A stretch of DNA of 64,000 nt, from assembly GCA_039714315.1 (NCBI GenBank), contig JBDLJM010000001.1, positions 12,253-76,252 of the forward strand, in the 5' to 3' direction. Every line of letters starts with the position of its first letter. The stretch's first letter is position 1. The notes under the pieces were generated by a model. The model saw nothing but the letters and a program-made list of their open reading frames with translations. It had not been told where the DNA came from and did no database searches. The translations under genes and the position numbers were made by a program. This document shows, piece by piece, positions 7,915-18,035 of the stretch. This stretch comes from Bacteroidota bacterium (lineage in GTDB: Bacteria > Bacteroidota > Bacteroidia > Flavobacteriales > JADGDT01).

Positions 7915-8646
7915 ATGAATTTAATAATTGACATAGGAAATACAAAAGCAAAATTAGCTGTTTATAAAGCTGATGATTTGCTTAGTGATTGTGTGGTTGA
8001 TTATGAAGAAGTGATTGATAAAATTATAGAACTCCGGAATGATTATGAATTCAGTAAGTCGATCGTGTCTAATGTCGGTACTGATATAGAGGGTTTAAAT
8101 GAGTTTCTGGATGATAATTTTTTCAATATTGTTTTAGATTCAAAAACAGAATTACCAATAAAAATAAATTATTCTGCTCCCGAAACATTAGGAGTGGACC
8201 GTAGAGCCCTTGCTGTTGCTGCCTACGAAGCTAATCCGGAAGGAAACAGTTTGGTAGTAGATATGGGGTCGTGTATAACTTATGATGTTGTAACTGCAGA
8301 TGGGGTTTATCAGGGAGGTGCTATATCCCCTGGAATGAATATGCGTTTTAAGGCAATGCACAATTTTACAGAATCATTACCGTTAGTTAGTTTTAAAGAA
8401 TCACATTCAATTATTGGAAAAGATACCGAAATGTCGCTTGTAAATGGTGTTGTTTTTGGAATTTGTTCTGAGATTGATAACTATATTGAGGTGTTAAAGA
8501 GCGAATTTGAAAATATTTCTGTTTTTATTAGTGGAGGAGACCATCCTTTCTTTGCAAACAAATTAAAAAATAGCATATTTGCAGACCAAAAAATATTATT
8601 GCGAGGATTAAACATAATCTTGAACTATAATTTCAAAATTAGATGA
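7915..8646 (+). CDS. coaX: Type III pantothenate kinase
   Basis: 243 aa. MNLIIDIGNTKAKLAVY ASKHA-fold N-terminus and GVDR motif. Confidence 0.9.
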   Translation: MNLIIDIGNTKAKLAVYKADDLLSDCVVDYEEVIDKIIELRNDYEFSKSIVSNVGTDIEGLNEFLDDNFFNIVLDSKTELPIKINYSAPETLGVDRRALAVAAYEANPEGNSLVVDMGSCITYDVVTADGVYQGGAISPGMNMRFKAMHNFTESLPLVSFKESHSIIGKDTEMSLVNGVVFGICSEIDNYIEVLKSEFENISVFISGGDHPFFANKLKNSIFADQKILLRGLNIILNYNFKIR

Positions 8647-8743
8647 AACGAGCAAGACAAAATTTCAACAATTTTGACCCACGGGGAATGATAAAATTTT
8701 TTCTTGCGAACGCCATCTGATCAAAATATAAAATCATTAATAG

Positions 8744-10117
8744 ATGAAAATATTACCAATTAAAATATTAATACTAATAGTATTCCCGAGCTTGTTGTTT
8801 GCTCAAAGTATTGAAACATCACCTTATTCGGCTTTTGGACTGGGTGATTCAAAGTATTTGGGGCCTGCAGAATCAGTTAGTATGGGAGGATTAAATAGTG
8901 TTTTCTGGGATAATGTACACGTGAACCCGACTAACCCGGCAAGTTATTCCTTTTTAAGTTTAACAACATACTCACTTGGAACGCAGGGTAGATATACTCA
9001 ATTAGAAACGTCTACTGATTCTGAAAGTAATAGCTATGTAGGCTTAAATCATCTGTTAATCGGAATTCCAATGGGAAAATGGGGTGCAGCAATGGGCTTT
9101 ATGCCAACATCATCTACTGGTTATAGCTTAAACAGTACGGATACTCAACATGATTCTGAATTAGAGCTTTTTGACGAGAATGGAGAGATGATTTATGATG
9201 GGATTTACGACAATATATATAGCTTTAACGGGTTTGGAGGTGTAAATCGTGCCTTTTTGGGGCTTTCTTATAGTCCTTTTAAGGGCTTTTCGATGGGAGT
9301 AAATGCGAATTATCAGTTTGGTAATATTAGCAGATCGGTAAGAATGTTTACTCCGGCAGTATTAGCTGATCTTGATGGAGATGTCAATACTCCTGACGAT
9401 GTTTTATTTGAAGGTAGTCAGTATGGAACGAAAGAAGAGGAGAAGTTAAGGATTAAAGACTGGCAGTTTGATATGGGGTTGTTGTACACCGGAAAATTAA
9501 ACGAAAAGTTACAATACACGCTTGGTGCAACTTATGGATTGGGTAATGAGAGCGAACTGGAATATACTAAGTATTTGTATACGTTTAAGTTCGTGTCGAA
9601 TGGAGTTGAGCAGCCTATAGATACATTGCATTATGTTAGTGGTACGTCAAAACTTGACGATATTTCTGTTCCAAGTCGTGGAAGTGCCGGTATTAGTATC
9701 GGTAATTATTCAAAATGGATGATAGGTGCTAATTATGAATTTAAAGACCCTATTGATCTGACATTTGGAACTGAAGGTTATAAAGTGAGCTTTAAACAAA
9801 GTAAAAAATACTCTGTTGGAGGGTATTTTACACCTAAGTATAATTCACTGATGAGCTATTGGGAGAGAATTACTTACAGAGCCGGATTTAAGTACGAAGA
9901 AATGGGAGTTTCCATTAATGGCACGGATATTGTAGATTACAGTGTGAACTTCGGGTTTGGCTTACCAGTTGGAAATGGGGCATCCAATATTAGTATTGGA
10001 GGAGCCTTTGGAACAAGAGGAACTACAGATAATGATTTAATAAAGGAAAATTATTTTAATTTTGTAGTTGCTTTTTCACTTAGCGATAAGTGGTTTAAAA
10101 AAGTTAAGTACTATTAA
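8744..10117 (+). CDS. Predicted outer-membrane beta-barrel protein (function unknown)
   Basis: 457 aa. Signal peptide (...LLFAQS), SPYSAFGLGD N-terminal motif, alternating beta-strand pattern, aromatic C-terminus (KKVKYY). Confidence 0.6.
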   Translation: MKILPIKILILIVFPSLLFAQSIETSPYSAFGLGDSKYLGPAESVSMGGLNSVFWDNVHVNPTNPASYSFLSLTTYSLGTQGRYTQLETSTDSESNSYVGLNHLLIGIPMGKWGAAMGFMPTSSTGYSLNSTDTQHDSELELFDENGEMIYDGIYDNIYSFNGFGGVNRAFLGLSYSPFKGFSMGVNANYQFGNISRSVRMFTPAVLADLDGDVNTPDDVLFEGSQYGTKEEEKLRIKDWQFDMGLLYTGKLNEKLQYTLGATYGLGNESELEYTKYLYTFKFVSNGVEQPIDTLHYVSGTSKLDDISVPSRGSAGISIGNYSKWMIGANYEFKDPIDLTFGTEGYKVSFKQSKKYSVGGYFTPKYNSLMSYWERITYRAGFKYEEMGVSINGTDIVDYSVNFGFGLPVGNGASNISIGGAFGTRGTTDNDLIKENYFNFVVAFSLSDKWFKKVKYY

Positions 10118-10168
10118 TAGTAGAATAATAAGAGAATAGTAATATATTAAGGGTAAATTATATAAATT

Positions 10169-11584
10169 ATGAAGAGTAAAGTTTTAGGTTTAATATTGTT
10201 TGTTGTTGGTTTGTCGTATTCATTGCCGACTTTAGCGCAGGATACTAACCAGGAAGCAAAGTCAGAGGTAGCGTGTAAAGAAGATCAAAAGGTAAAAGAG
10301 AATTTGTCTATTTATTATGAATATTACAAATCGAAAAATTACAAAGACGCTTATGAATCTTGGAACTTTGTTTATGAGAACTGTCCGTCAGCTCATAAGA
10401 ATATTTATATTCACGGTCCTAAGTTGATAAAGTATAAGTATAAAAATACTACTTCACCAGAGGAGAAGGAAGCTTTATTGGCTAAATTGATGAAGGTTTA
10501 CGATGATCGATTGGTTTACTTTCCGGGTAAAACAGGATATGTTACCGGAATGAAGGGTTCTGATATGGTAGGCTACAAATATGGTACAACTCAGGAAGCT
10601 TTCGATGTTTTGGATAAAGCATATGAATTGGATGGATCAAAATTAAGTGCTTCTACACTTTATTCATATTTCACGGCTTCAACCAGACTGTTTAATGAAA
10701 AGGTGTTTACTGATGAGCAGGTTTTTGAGGTTTACGATAACGTAGTTGTGGCTATTGATGAAAACAAGGAGGAAGAAACAGGGATTATTGCTAAGTATGA
10801 GCAAATGGAGGAAGACGGAAAAACTCTTAGTAAAAAAGAAGCTAAGAAGTTGAATTCTGCAAAGAACCACCTTGGTGCATACGAAACTGTAGAGGCAAAT
10901 GTTGAGAAGATAATCGGAAAAATTGCTACTTGTGAACGTTTAGATGTTTTGTACGGGTCTAAATTTGAGGAGCGTAAAGCTGATATAGACTGGGTAAACG
11001 GAGGTGTTAAAATGATGACACGAAAAAAATGTTTCGATAGTGATATTTTCTTTAAACTTGTTGATTCTAAAAGTAAATTAGATCCTAGTGCTTCATCTTC
11101 ACGTGTTGCCGGATTGCTTTCTTTGTCAAATAAAGAATACTCAAAAGCATTAAAATATTACGAAGAAGCTATTAAGCTTGGAGATGATGCAACTAAAAAA
11201 GGCGATGATTATTTCAAAGCTGCTCAGGCATTATTTAAATTAGGCAGAAAATCAGAAGCGAGATCATATGCTTATAAAGCTATTGAAAACAGAAAAAACT
11301 GGGGAGAGCCTTACATCTTAATTGGTGATATGTACGCTTCAAGTGCTAATTCTTGTGGAACTAACGTATTTGAGAAAAAAGCTGTTTATTGGGCTGCTAT
11401 TGATAAATATGCAAAGGCAAGATCTGTAGATCCAAAAGTATCTAAAAAAGCAGGGAAGAAAATTAGTCAGTGGGGAACTCAGGTTCCGGATAAAACTATG
11501 ATTTTCCAATTTGGATATATTGGTAAACCAAAATATACAATTGGTTGTTGGATTAAAGAAACAGTTAGAGTACCTCAGACTTAA
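10169..11584 (+). CDS. Secreted TPR-like repeat protein (function unknown)
   Basis: 471 aa. Signal peptide ending TLAQD. Helical K/E/A/Y-rich repeats (e.g. YSKALKYYEEAIKLGD, YFKAAQALFKLGRKSEARSYAYKAIE). Confidence 0.6.
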   Translation: MKSKVLGLILFVVGLSYSLPTLAQDTNQEAKSEVACKEDQKVKENLSIYYEYYKSKNYKDAYESWNFVYENCPSAHKNIYIHGPKLIKYKYKNTTSPEEKEALLAKLMKVYDDRLVYFPGKTGYVTGMKGSDMVGYKYGTTQEAFDVLDKAYELDGSKLSASTLYSYFTASTRLFNEKVFTDEQVFEVYDNVVVAIDENKEEETGIIAKYEQMEEDGKTLSKKEAKKLNSAKNHLGAYETVEANVEKIIGKIATCERLDVLYGSKFEERKADIDWVNGGVKMMTRKKCFDSDIFFKLVDSKSKLDPSASSSRVAGLLSLSNKEYSKALKYYEEAIKLGDDATKKGDDYFKAAQALFKLGRKSEARSYAYKAIENRKNWGEPYILIGDMYASSANSCGTNVFEKKAVYWAAIDKYAKARSVDPKVSKKAGKKISQWGTQVPDKTMIFQFGYIGKPKYTIGCWIKETVRVPQT

Positions 11585-12162
11585 TGATGAGAACATATAT
11601 ATATAATATTGTTTTAAAAAGCATTGTTGCTCTCTTGGGAGTGACAGTGCTTTTTTCTTGTGAAAACAATATGAAGGAGATCGATAAACTCAACGAAACA
11701 AGAATAAATACCGATAACAATATAGAGGGACTTGATATGATATATACAGATTCCGGTATTGTAAAACTTCGGATGAAAGCTCCATTAGCCATCTTTCATG
11801 AAGAAAAAGAAGAACCCTTTAAAGAATTTCCAAAAGGAATTGAGGTGTTTTTCTTTAAGGATCGTGATACCCTTGTTCAAAATTATCTGAGAGCGAATTA
11901 CGGAATTAATTATGAGAAGAAAGATCTCTCGGAAGTTAGGGGAGATGTTGTTGTAATAAATGACAATGGAGATACACTCAAAACTGAAAAAATGTTTTGG
12001 GATTCAAAAAAGAAAATTATCTATTCTGATGAACTAGTCCGAATAATCCAGAAAGATCAGGTGATTATAGGAGAGGGGGGATTCGAAGCCGATGAAGATT
12101 TTTCATATTATAAGATCAAAAATTCATCTGGTGATATTTCTGTTGATGATAACAAAGAGTAA
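11584..12162 (+). CDS. lptC: LPS export system protein LptC
   Basis: 192 aa. N-terminal anchor/lipobox-like LFSC, OstA-like beta-jellyroll pattern, typical LptC size. The start overlaps the upstream stop (TAATG). Confidence 0.7.
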   Translation: MMRTYIYNIVLKSIVALLGVTVLFSCENNMKEIDKLNETRINTDNNIEGLDMIYTDSGIVKLRMKAPLAIFHEEKEEPFKEFPKGIEVFFFKDRDTLVQNYLRANYGINYEKKDLSEVRGDVVVINDNGDTLKTEKMFWDSKKKIIYSDELVRIIQKDQVIIGEGGFEADEDFSYYKIKNSSGDISVDDNKE

Positions 12163-12280
12163 TTGAATTTTATAATCTTAGGTTTTGTTTAGGGGTCAAT
12201 TCTAGTTTTATGTCTTTAATTGATGTGAATGTATAATAACTTCTTATATTCGTAATAAATTCATCAACTTATTTTTATCA

Positions 12281-13555
12281 ATGATCGATAGTGTTATTGT
12301 AATTGTCATATCAATAATTTTCTCTGCTTTCTTTTCAGGAATGGAGATTGCTTTCATTACCTCAAACAGACTACACTTCGAGTTAGAAAAAAAGCAGGGT
12401 AATTGGAATTCCACAATAATATCTAAGTTAAATAAGAATCCGAGTGAATTTATCGCAACTATGCTAATCGGAAACAATATAGCTCTGGTTGTTTATGGTA
12501 TCTTTATGGGAGATCTTATTATTTCTTTTCTGTTTCCCGATTATATTAGTACTAAAGCTTATCCTTTTTGGATATTATTGGTACAAACTTTAATATCTAC
12601 ATTGGTTATTCTGGTTACGGCCGAGTTCATGCCAAAGGCTATATTTCGAATCTATTCTAACGAACTTCTTTCAATATTTGCACTGCCTGTTTATTTGATT
12701 TATTTATTGTTTTTTATTGTGTCAAATTTTGTTGTATGGTTGTCTAAATCAGCTCTTACAATATTTACAGGTGAAAAAATTGAGGAAAAGGAGAGTGAGT
12801 TTCGCAGGGTAGATCTGGGTAATTATATTTCTGAACAACTTGAAACAGTTGATGAGAAAAAAGAAATGGATGTAGAGATTCAGATGTTTCAAAATGCTTT
12901 GGAGTTTAACGAAGTTAAGGCCAGAGAGTGCATGATTCCGCGCACCGAAATATTGAGTATAGAGAGTGATGACACTATATCTAGTTTAAATAAACTATTT
13001 GTAAGTTCCGGAAAGTCTAAGATAATTGTCTATAAAGAAGATATTGATGATATTGTCGGTTATGTTCATTCATTTGAAATGTTTAAGAAACCTAATGACA
13101 TAAAATCTATACTTCTACCTGTTGAATTTGTACCCGAAACCCTTCCGGTAAACGAATTGCTGAATACCCTGATAAAGAAGAGGAAGTCTGTTGCTGTTGT
13201 TCTTGATGAATATGGAGGTACCAGTGGCTTGGTAACATTGGAAGATATAGTTGAAGAGCTTTTTGGAGAGATCGAAGATGAACACGACCGCATCGCTATG
13301 ACTGAAAAAAAATTGAGTGAAAACGAGTATGTTTTTTCTGCACGATTAGAGATCGATCAATTAAATGATACCTATTCATTGGAAATTGAAGAAAATGATG
13401 ATTATGAAACTATTGGTGGATTTGTATTGTTTCATTTGCAGAATATTCCTGAAAAAAATCAAATTATAGAAATAGATAATTTCGAAATTAAGGTTACTAA
13501 AGTTTCTAACAATAAGATTGATGAAATTAAGTTAGTAGTTCATCCGCATGAGTAG
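12281..13555 (+). CDS. CNNM/CorC-HlyC family membrane protein (DUF21 + CBS pair + CorC_HlyC domain)
   Basis: 424 aa. Four N-terminal TM helices, CBS-pair region, C-terminal ...YETIGGFVLFHLQNIPEKNQ... transporter-associated domain. Confidence 0.85.
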   Translation: MIDSVIVIVISIIFSAFFSGMEIAFITSNRLHFELEKKQGNWNSTIISKLNKNPSEFIATMLIGNNIALVVYGIFMGDLIISFLFPDYISTKAYPFWILLVQTLISTLVILVTAEFMPKAIFRIYSNELLSIFALPVYLIYLLFFIVSNFVVWLSKSALTIFTGEKIEEKESEFRRVDLGNYISEQLETVDEKKEMDVEIQMFQNALEFNEVKARECMIPRTEILSIESDDTISSLNKLFVSSGKSKIIVYKEDIDDIVGYVHSFEMFKKPNDIKSILLPVEFVPETLPVNELLNTLIKKRKSVAVVLDEYGGTSGLVTLEDIVEELFGEIEDEHDRIAMTEKKLSENEYVFSARLEIDQLNDTYSLEIEENDDYETIGGFVLFHLQNIPEKNQIIEIDNFEIKVTKVSNNKIDEIKLVVHPHE

Positions 13556-13908
13556 TACTTCAGAATGGGATCTGATCCACATCCCGATTTAAGCAGTATA
13601 TGTCCTCTAGTTGTTTTTATTTTACCGGGTTAAAGCCCTTTCGATTCTCTAGTAGAGCTCAGGCTGTAGTTAGGACTGCCAGTTTTTAATAAAACTTGTC
13701 AAGAGAAAAATCATTTTCTAATCTTCTAATCCTCTAGCCATTTAATCAAAAGCATAGTAAATTTCTCGTTGAACTCCCTAGGATGAAATATACAGGAGAA
13801 ATATTAATTACAAAAATGTTTTACAATTAGCATAATATAATACTTCTAATCTTTGATATTAGTAAATGAAAATGTATTTTCGCCTCCAATTAAATTAAAA
13901 TAATAATA

Positions 13909-16062
13909 ATGGCAACATTAAACCGTATAAGAGCAAAATCAGGTGTTTTAATTGCAATAATAGGATTTGCATTATTTGCATTTGTTTTGGGTGATTTATT
14001 TAAGTCAGGTAGCTCTATTTTAAGAGGAAATCAGTTGGTAGTAGGAGTTATTGACGGAAAAGAGATTTCGTATCAGGATTTTAACCCTGAAGTTCAACGT
14101 ACTTTAGATGCTTATAAGCGTCAGGGTATTAATTCAGTTACACAGGTTTCAAATATCGTTTGGAATAACCTTGAAAGAAAAACGCTAATCGACAGTGAAG
14201 TTGAAAAATTAGGGTTGAACATAGGTGAAGATGAGTTATGGCATCTGGTAATAACGGATCCAAGTATTCAAAATGCACCTGCATTTAAAACAGAGCAAGG
14301 GATTTTTGATGAAAATAAGGTAAAAGAATATTTAGCTTATTTACGTGAAAATGCTAATTCTAATGCTCAGGCTGCTCAACTATGGATTGATTGGGGTAAT
14401 TTCGAAAAGTCTTTGAAAGAGCGTGGTATTGTAAATAGCTATTACAGTCTGATTAGTTCAGGTTTATCTGCTACCGATCAGGATGGGAAAGACGACTATA
14501 AATTCCGTAATGATCAGGTAAATGCTAAATATGTTTATTTGCCATTTAGTTCTGTTAAAGATGAAGAAGTAAAGGTAGAAGATAGCGAAATTAGCGCTTA
14601 TATCAACGATCATGAAGATGAGTTTAAAACTGAGGCAGGTAGAGATATTCAATATGTATTCTTTAAGGTACAGCCATCGTTGTCTGATGAGGCTGGGGTA
14701 AAAGAAGATTTGCTGAAAGTAATGCAGGATAGAATAGAGTATGTTAGAGCTACTAACTCTTACGATACTATTCCGGGATTTGCTAATACTGATCAGGATT
14801 CATTATTTGTAAATTCTAAGTCTGATGTAAACTTCGATCCAAATTACTATCAAGCGGGTAAATTGCCTGTAGATTTAGAAGATTTTGCATTTAATGCCAA
14901 TGCAGGTGATGTATATGGACCATATAAAGATGGAGAAACTTTCAAAGTTTCAAAATTAATAGACACAAAAGTTATGCCTGATTCTGTTAAGGCCAGTCAT
15001 ATTTTGATTTCTTTCCAGGGAGCTAATAGTGCTTCTCCTGCCGTAACAAGAACTGATGCACAAGCTAAGATTTTGGCTGATAGCCTTGCTAATGCAATAA
15101 ACAAAAATAAATCTGATTTTGTAGAGTTGGCGAAAGAGTATTCCGATGGTCCAACAGCTGGTAACGGCGGAGATTTGGGTTGGTTTACTTATGGAAGAAT
15201 GGTTCCTGAGTTTAATAGCTTCGTATTTAACAATAAAAAAGGTAAGACAGGAGTTGTAAAAACAGTTTTTGGATACCATATTGTTAAAATTGAAGATCAA
15301 AAGAATATTGCAAAATCTGTAAAACTAGCTACAATCGTTAGAAGTGTTCTTCCATCTGATGAAAGTGATAATGAAATGTATACTAAGGCTTCAAGTTTCG
15401 CAGCTGCTAATAAATCTTTAGAGTCATTCCAGGCGGATGCTTCGGCAAAAGGTTATGAGGCAAGAAATGTAGAAGGTTTAAAAGCTATGGAATTTAATAT
15501 TCCGGGCGTTGGAGATCAGCGTGATATTGTAAAATGGGCCTTTAATGAGGAAACTCAAATTGGAGATACTAAATTACAAACAGTGGAAGATGGTTATATC
15601 GTAGTGTTGCTTTATAATACATCAGAAGCTGGAATTTCTTCTGTAGATGTTGCCAGAAGTGTAGTTGAGCCAATTGTTCTTAATGAGAAGAAAGCTGAAT
15701 TGCTAAAAGATAAGATTTCAGGATCATCAATAGAGGAAGTAGCAAAAAATACTGAGGAAACTGTTAGAACAGCAAGTAGTATTCACTTTGAGAACCCAGT
15801 AATACCGGGAGCAGGTCGTGAGCCTAAGGTAGTTGGTGAGCTTTTCGGAATGAAAAAAGGAGAGCTTTCTGAGCCTATAGTTGGTAACGCAGGAGTATTT
15901 GTTGTAGAGGTTGAAGAAACTAAGCAGGCAGTTGAGTTGCCAAATTACTCTACTTATAGTAATAGACTTGACGGACAGATAAAATCAAGAGTTAATTATC
16001 AGGTTTTCGATGCTTTGAAGAATTCTGTTCAAATTACAGATAATCGTTCAAGATTCTATTAA
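13909..16062 (+). CDS. ppiD: Periplasmic chaperone / peptidyl-prolyl cis-trans isomerase PpiD-like (SurA_N + parvulin)
   Basis: 717 aa. N-terminal TM anchor and parvulin domain (ASHILISF...GGDLGWFTYGRMVPEFNSFVF...GYHIVKIEDQ). Confidence 0.85.
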   Translation: MATLNRIRAKSGVLIAIIGFALFAFVLGDLFKSGSSILRGNQLVVGVIDGKEISYQDFNPEVQRTLDAYKRQGINSVTQVSNIVWNNLERKTLIDSEVEKLGLNIGEDELWHLVITDPSIQNAPAFKTEQGIFDENKVKEYLAYLRENANSNAQAAQLWIDWGNFEKSLKERGIVNSYYSLISSGLSATDQDGKDDYKFRNDQVNAKYVYLPFSSVKDEEVKVEDSEISAYINDHEDEFKTEAGRDIQYVFFKVQPSLSDEAGVKEDLLKVMQDRIEYVRATNSYDTIPGFANTDQDSLFVNSKSDVNFDPNYYQAGKLPVDLEDFAFNANAGDVYGPYKDGETFKVSKLIDTKVMPDSVKASHILISFQGANSASPAVTRTDAQAKILADSLANAINKNKSDFVELAKEYSDGPTAGNGGDLGWFTYGRMVPEFNSFVFNNKKGKTGVVKTVFGYHIVKIEDQKNIAKSVKLATIVRSVLPSDESDNEMYTKASSFAAANKSLESFQADASAKGYEARNVEGLKAMEFNIPGVGDQRDIVKWAFNEETQIGDTKLQTVEDGYIVVLLYNTSEAGISSVDVARSVVEPIVLNEKKAELLKDKISGSSIEEVAKNTEETVRTASSIHFENPVIPGAGREPKVVGELFGMKKGELSEPIVGNAGVFVVEVEETKQAVELPNYSTYSNRLDGQIKSRVNYQVFDALKNSVQITDNRSRFY

Positions 16063-16088
16063 TAGAATTTAAAATATAAGATATGTAA

Positions 16089-16118
16089 GAAGGCTGCCAA
16101 TGGCAGCCTTCTTTTTTT
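16089..16118 (+). terminator. Rho-independent terminator after ppiD
   Basis: gaaggctgc (16089-16097) pairs with gcagccttc (16103-16111), followed by a T7 run. Confidence 0.85.
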
Positions 16119-16146
16119 AATTTATTCGGTATTGTATCAGGTTTTG

Positions 16147-16692
16147 TTATAGATGAGATCCTTTGTATATTCTTGACTCGCTTAGGTCTTTTAAAGGGCC
16201 GGAAAATGTAATTCTCTCTCCGAAATTTCCGTCAACGGTAGCTCTTGCTATTCCGCTGGAGTTAACTGTAATATTTACTGTAGCCCATCCTAATGAACCG
16301 TTCATGTCGAATTTTACCCGGGGCATTTGATTTTCATTTCCATCTATAACCTTGTAGTTTCTTACATTTCCCTCCAGGGTTATTCCTCCAAGACCATTCC
16401 AGCCTATAAGTTGTTCGAACCCGAGCTGTAATGTTCCTTTTCCTTCTTTTAAAAGGACAAAGTTGATAGTTGGATTCACCTGAAAACTTCTTCCTTTTTT
16501 AGAGTACACTGTATTTGCTTCAAGTGCGAAAGACTGTTTCTCGAAAATTTCTTTGTATTTCTCTTTTTTTGCATTTAACTCTGCCTGCTTTTCAGGAGAT
16601 AAAGTTTTTGAAGAACCACAAGAAATGAATGTGGAGATCACTGCTAAATATAGAATGAGTTTTTTCATGATTTGTATATTATTCATCTTCAC
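16147..16692 (-). CDS. Lipoprotein of unknown function (possibly DUF4251-like)
   Basis: Lipobox ...VISTFISCGSS. The likely true start is the third Met (nt 16668), giving MKKLILYLAV.... Otherwise a beta-rich small protein. Confidence 0.6.
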   Translation of the reverse strand: MKMNNIQIMKKLILYLAVISTFISCGSSKTLSPEKQAELNAKKEKYKEIFEKQSFALEANTVYSKKGRSFQVNPTINFVLLKEGKGTLQLGFEQLIGWNGLGGITLEGNVRNYKVIDGNENQMPRVKFDMNGSLGWATVNITVNSSGIARATVDGNFGERITFSGPLKDLSESRIYKGSHL

Positions 16693-16775
16693 TAAATTTA
16701 ATGAAAATATATAACATACAACTTAAGTGTTCTATCTGCTTCTGTTGTTGTTAGGAGTCTGTATAAAAGTTAATA

Positions 16776-18035
16776 CTATAGTATGCTGTGATTTTCTGAA
16801 TCCAGACGGATAAAAATAAATAATAGTATTGTGAAACCCCATAGAGAAGATCCTCCATAACTGTAAAATGGTAGGGGGATACCAATAACGGGGGCAATTC
16901 CTGTAACCATTGCAATGTTGATCGCGAAATGGAAGAAGAATATCATGGCTACCGAATATCCGTAAATTCGACTGAATTTTAATTTCTGTTGTTCTGCCTT
17001 GTATAGGATTCTTGCAATGAATCCGGCAAAAAGAATAATAAATAAAGTGCTACCCAAAAATCCCCATTCTTCTCCTACAGTACAAAATATGAAATCTGTA
17101 CTCTGTTCCGGAACAAAGTCTCCCTTTGTTTGTGTGCCTAATAAAAAACCTTTACCTGTCCATCCTCCCGATCCTATAGCTACCATTGATTGATGTTGAT
17201 TGTATCCAACACCTGAAGGATCATGTTTTAGTCCTAGTAATATTTCTAATCTGTTTCTGTGTCTGTCTTCCAGTATATTTTCATATACATAGTCAATAGA
17301 TGTTAGAAAAAGAATTATGTACATTAGGTATAGTACAAGGTGTCGTATGCTTTTTGATTTTTTCTTTCTGTATATTGAATATGCTATGATGAATACAGCC
17401 GATACTCCGATAATAATTTCAAAATCAACAACTATACTAAGGATGAATAGAGTAGTTGTAAGAAAGCCCAGAAATATATAATGGCCATTTAGACCTTCTC
17501 TGTACATAACAAATAGGAACGAGGCGTAAATTAGTGCTGATCCGGGATCCGGCTGTGGTGTAATAATAATAGCCGGCAGAAATATTATGGCAAAGGCGGT
17601 TAATTGTGTTTTAATATTGTTTATGTTGATATTGGGTATGCTGAGATATTTTGCCACAGCTAAAGCCGTTGCAAATTTTGCAAATTCTGACGGTTGAATC
17701 GAAAAAGTACCTATTCCGTACCAGGAGGTCGCTCCGGCAACTGTTTTTCCAAATACAAAAAGGCCCAACAGACTCAGTATAGAGATAACATATATGACAC
17801 TGGCAAAACGTTCGTAAAACTTTCCATCAAGCATCAGTGTAATAAATATGAGTACGATACTTGCCGTTATTAGCATTAATTGTTTACCATATTTTTGAGA
17901 CATGTCAAAAATACTCATGTGTTCCTGGTCCAGTATGGCAGAGTAAATATTCAACCACCCGGTAATTACAAATAGTCCAAATAGAAGGGCTAATAGCCAG
18001 TCAATATTTGATATGATACTTTTATTCCGACTCAC
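16776..18035 (-). CDS. rodA: Rod shape-determining protein RodA (SEDS family peptidoglycan polymerase)
   Basis: 419 aa, about 10 TM helices. The FtsW/RodA/SpoVE signatures (...QPSEFAKF..., ...PEQSTDFIF..., ...GIPLPFYSYGGSS) are present. Confidence 0.93.
   Translation of the reverse strand: MSRNKSIISNIDWLLALLFGLFVITGWLNIYSAILDQEHMSIFDMSQKYGKQLMLITASIVLIFITLMLDGKFYERFASVIYVISILSLLGLFVFGKTVAGATSWYGIGTFSIQPSEFAKFATALAVAKYLSIPNININNIKTQLTAFAIIFLPAIIITPQPDPGSALIYASFLFVMYREGLNGHYIFLGFLTTTLFILSIVVDFEIIIGVSAVFIIAYSIYRKKKSKSIRHLVLYLMYIILFLTSIDYVYENILEDRHRNRLEILLGLKHDPSGVGYNQHQSMVAIGSGGWTGKGFLLGTQTKGDFVPEQSTDFIFCTVGEEWGFLGSTLFIILFAGFIARILYKAEQQKLKFSRIYGYSVAMIFFFHFAINIAMVTGIAPVIGIPLPFYSYGGSSLWGFTILLFIFIRLDSENHSIL

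Noticed and set aside
13556-13908. A 353-nt gene-free spacer between the CorC-family gene and ppiD, with a somewhat GC-richer 5' third. I considered it as an sRNA or a degraded gene; in some relatives a gldD-like gene follows a CorC-like gene.
   Set aside because: I could not find a convincing stable helix set, a terminator, a promoter box or any ORF remnant longer than about 20 codons in any frame. It probably holds just the ppiD promoter and leader. An Rfam scan or RNA-seq would settle it.
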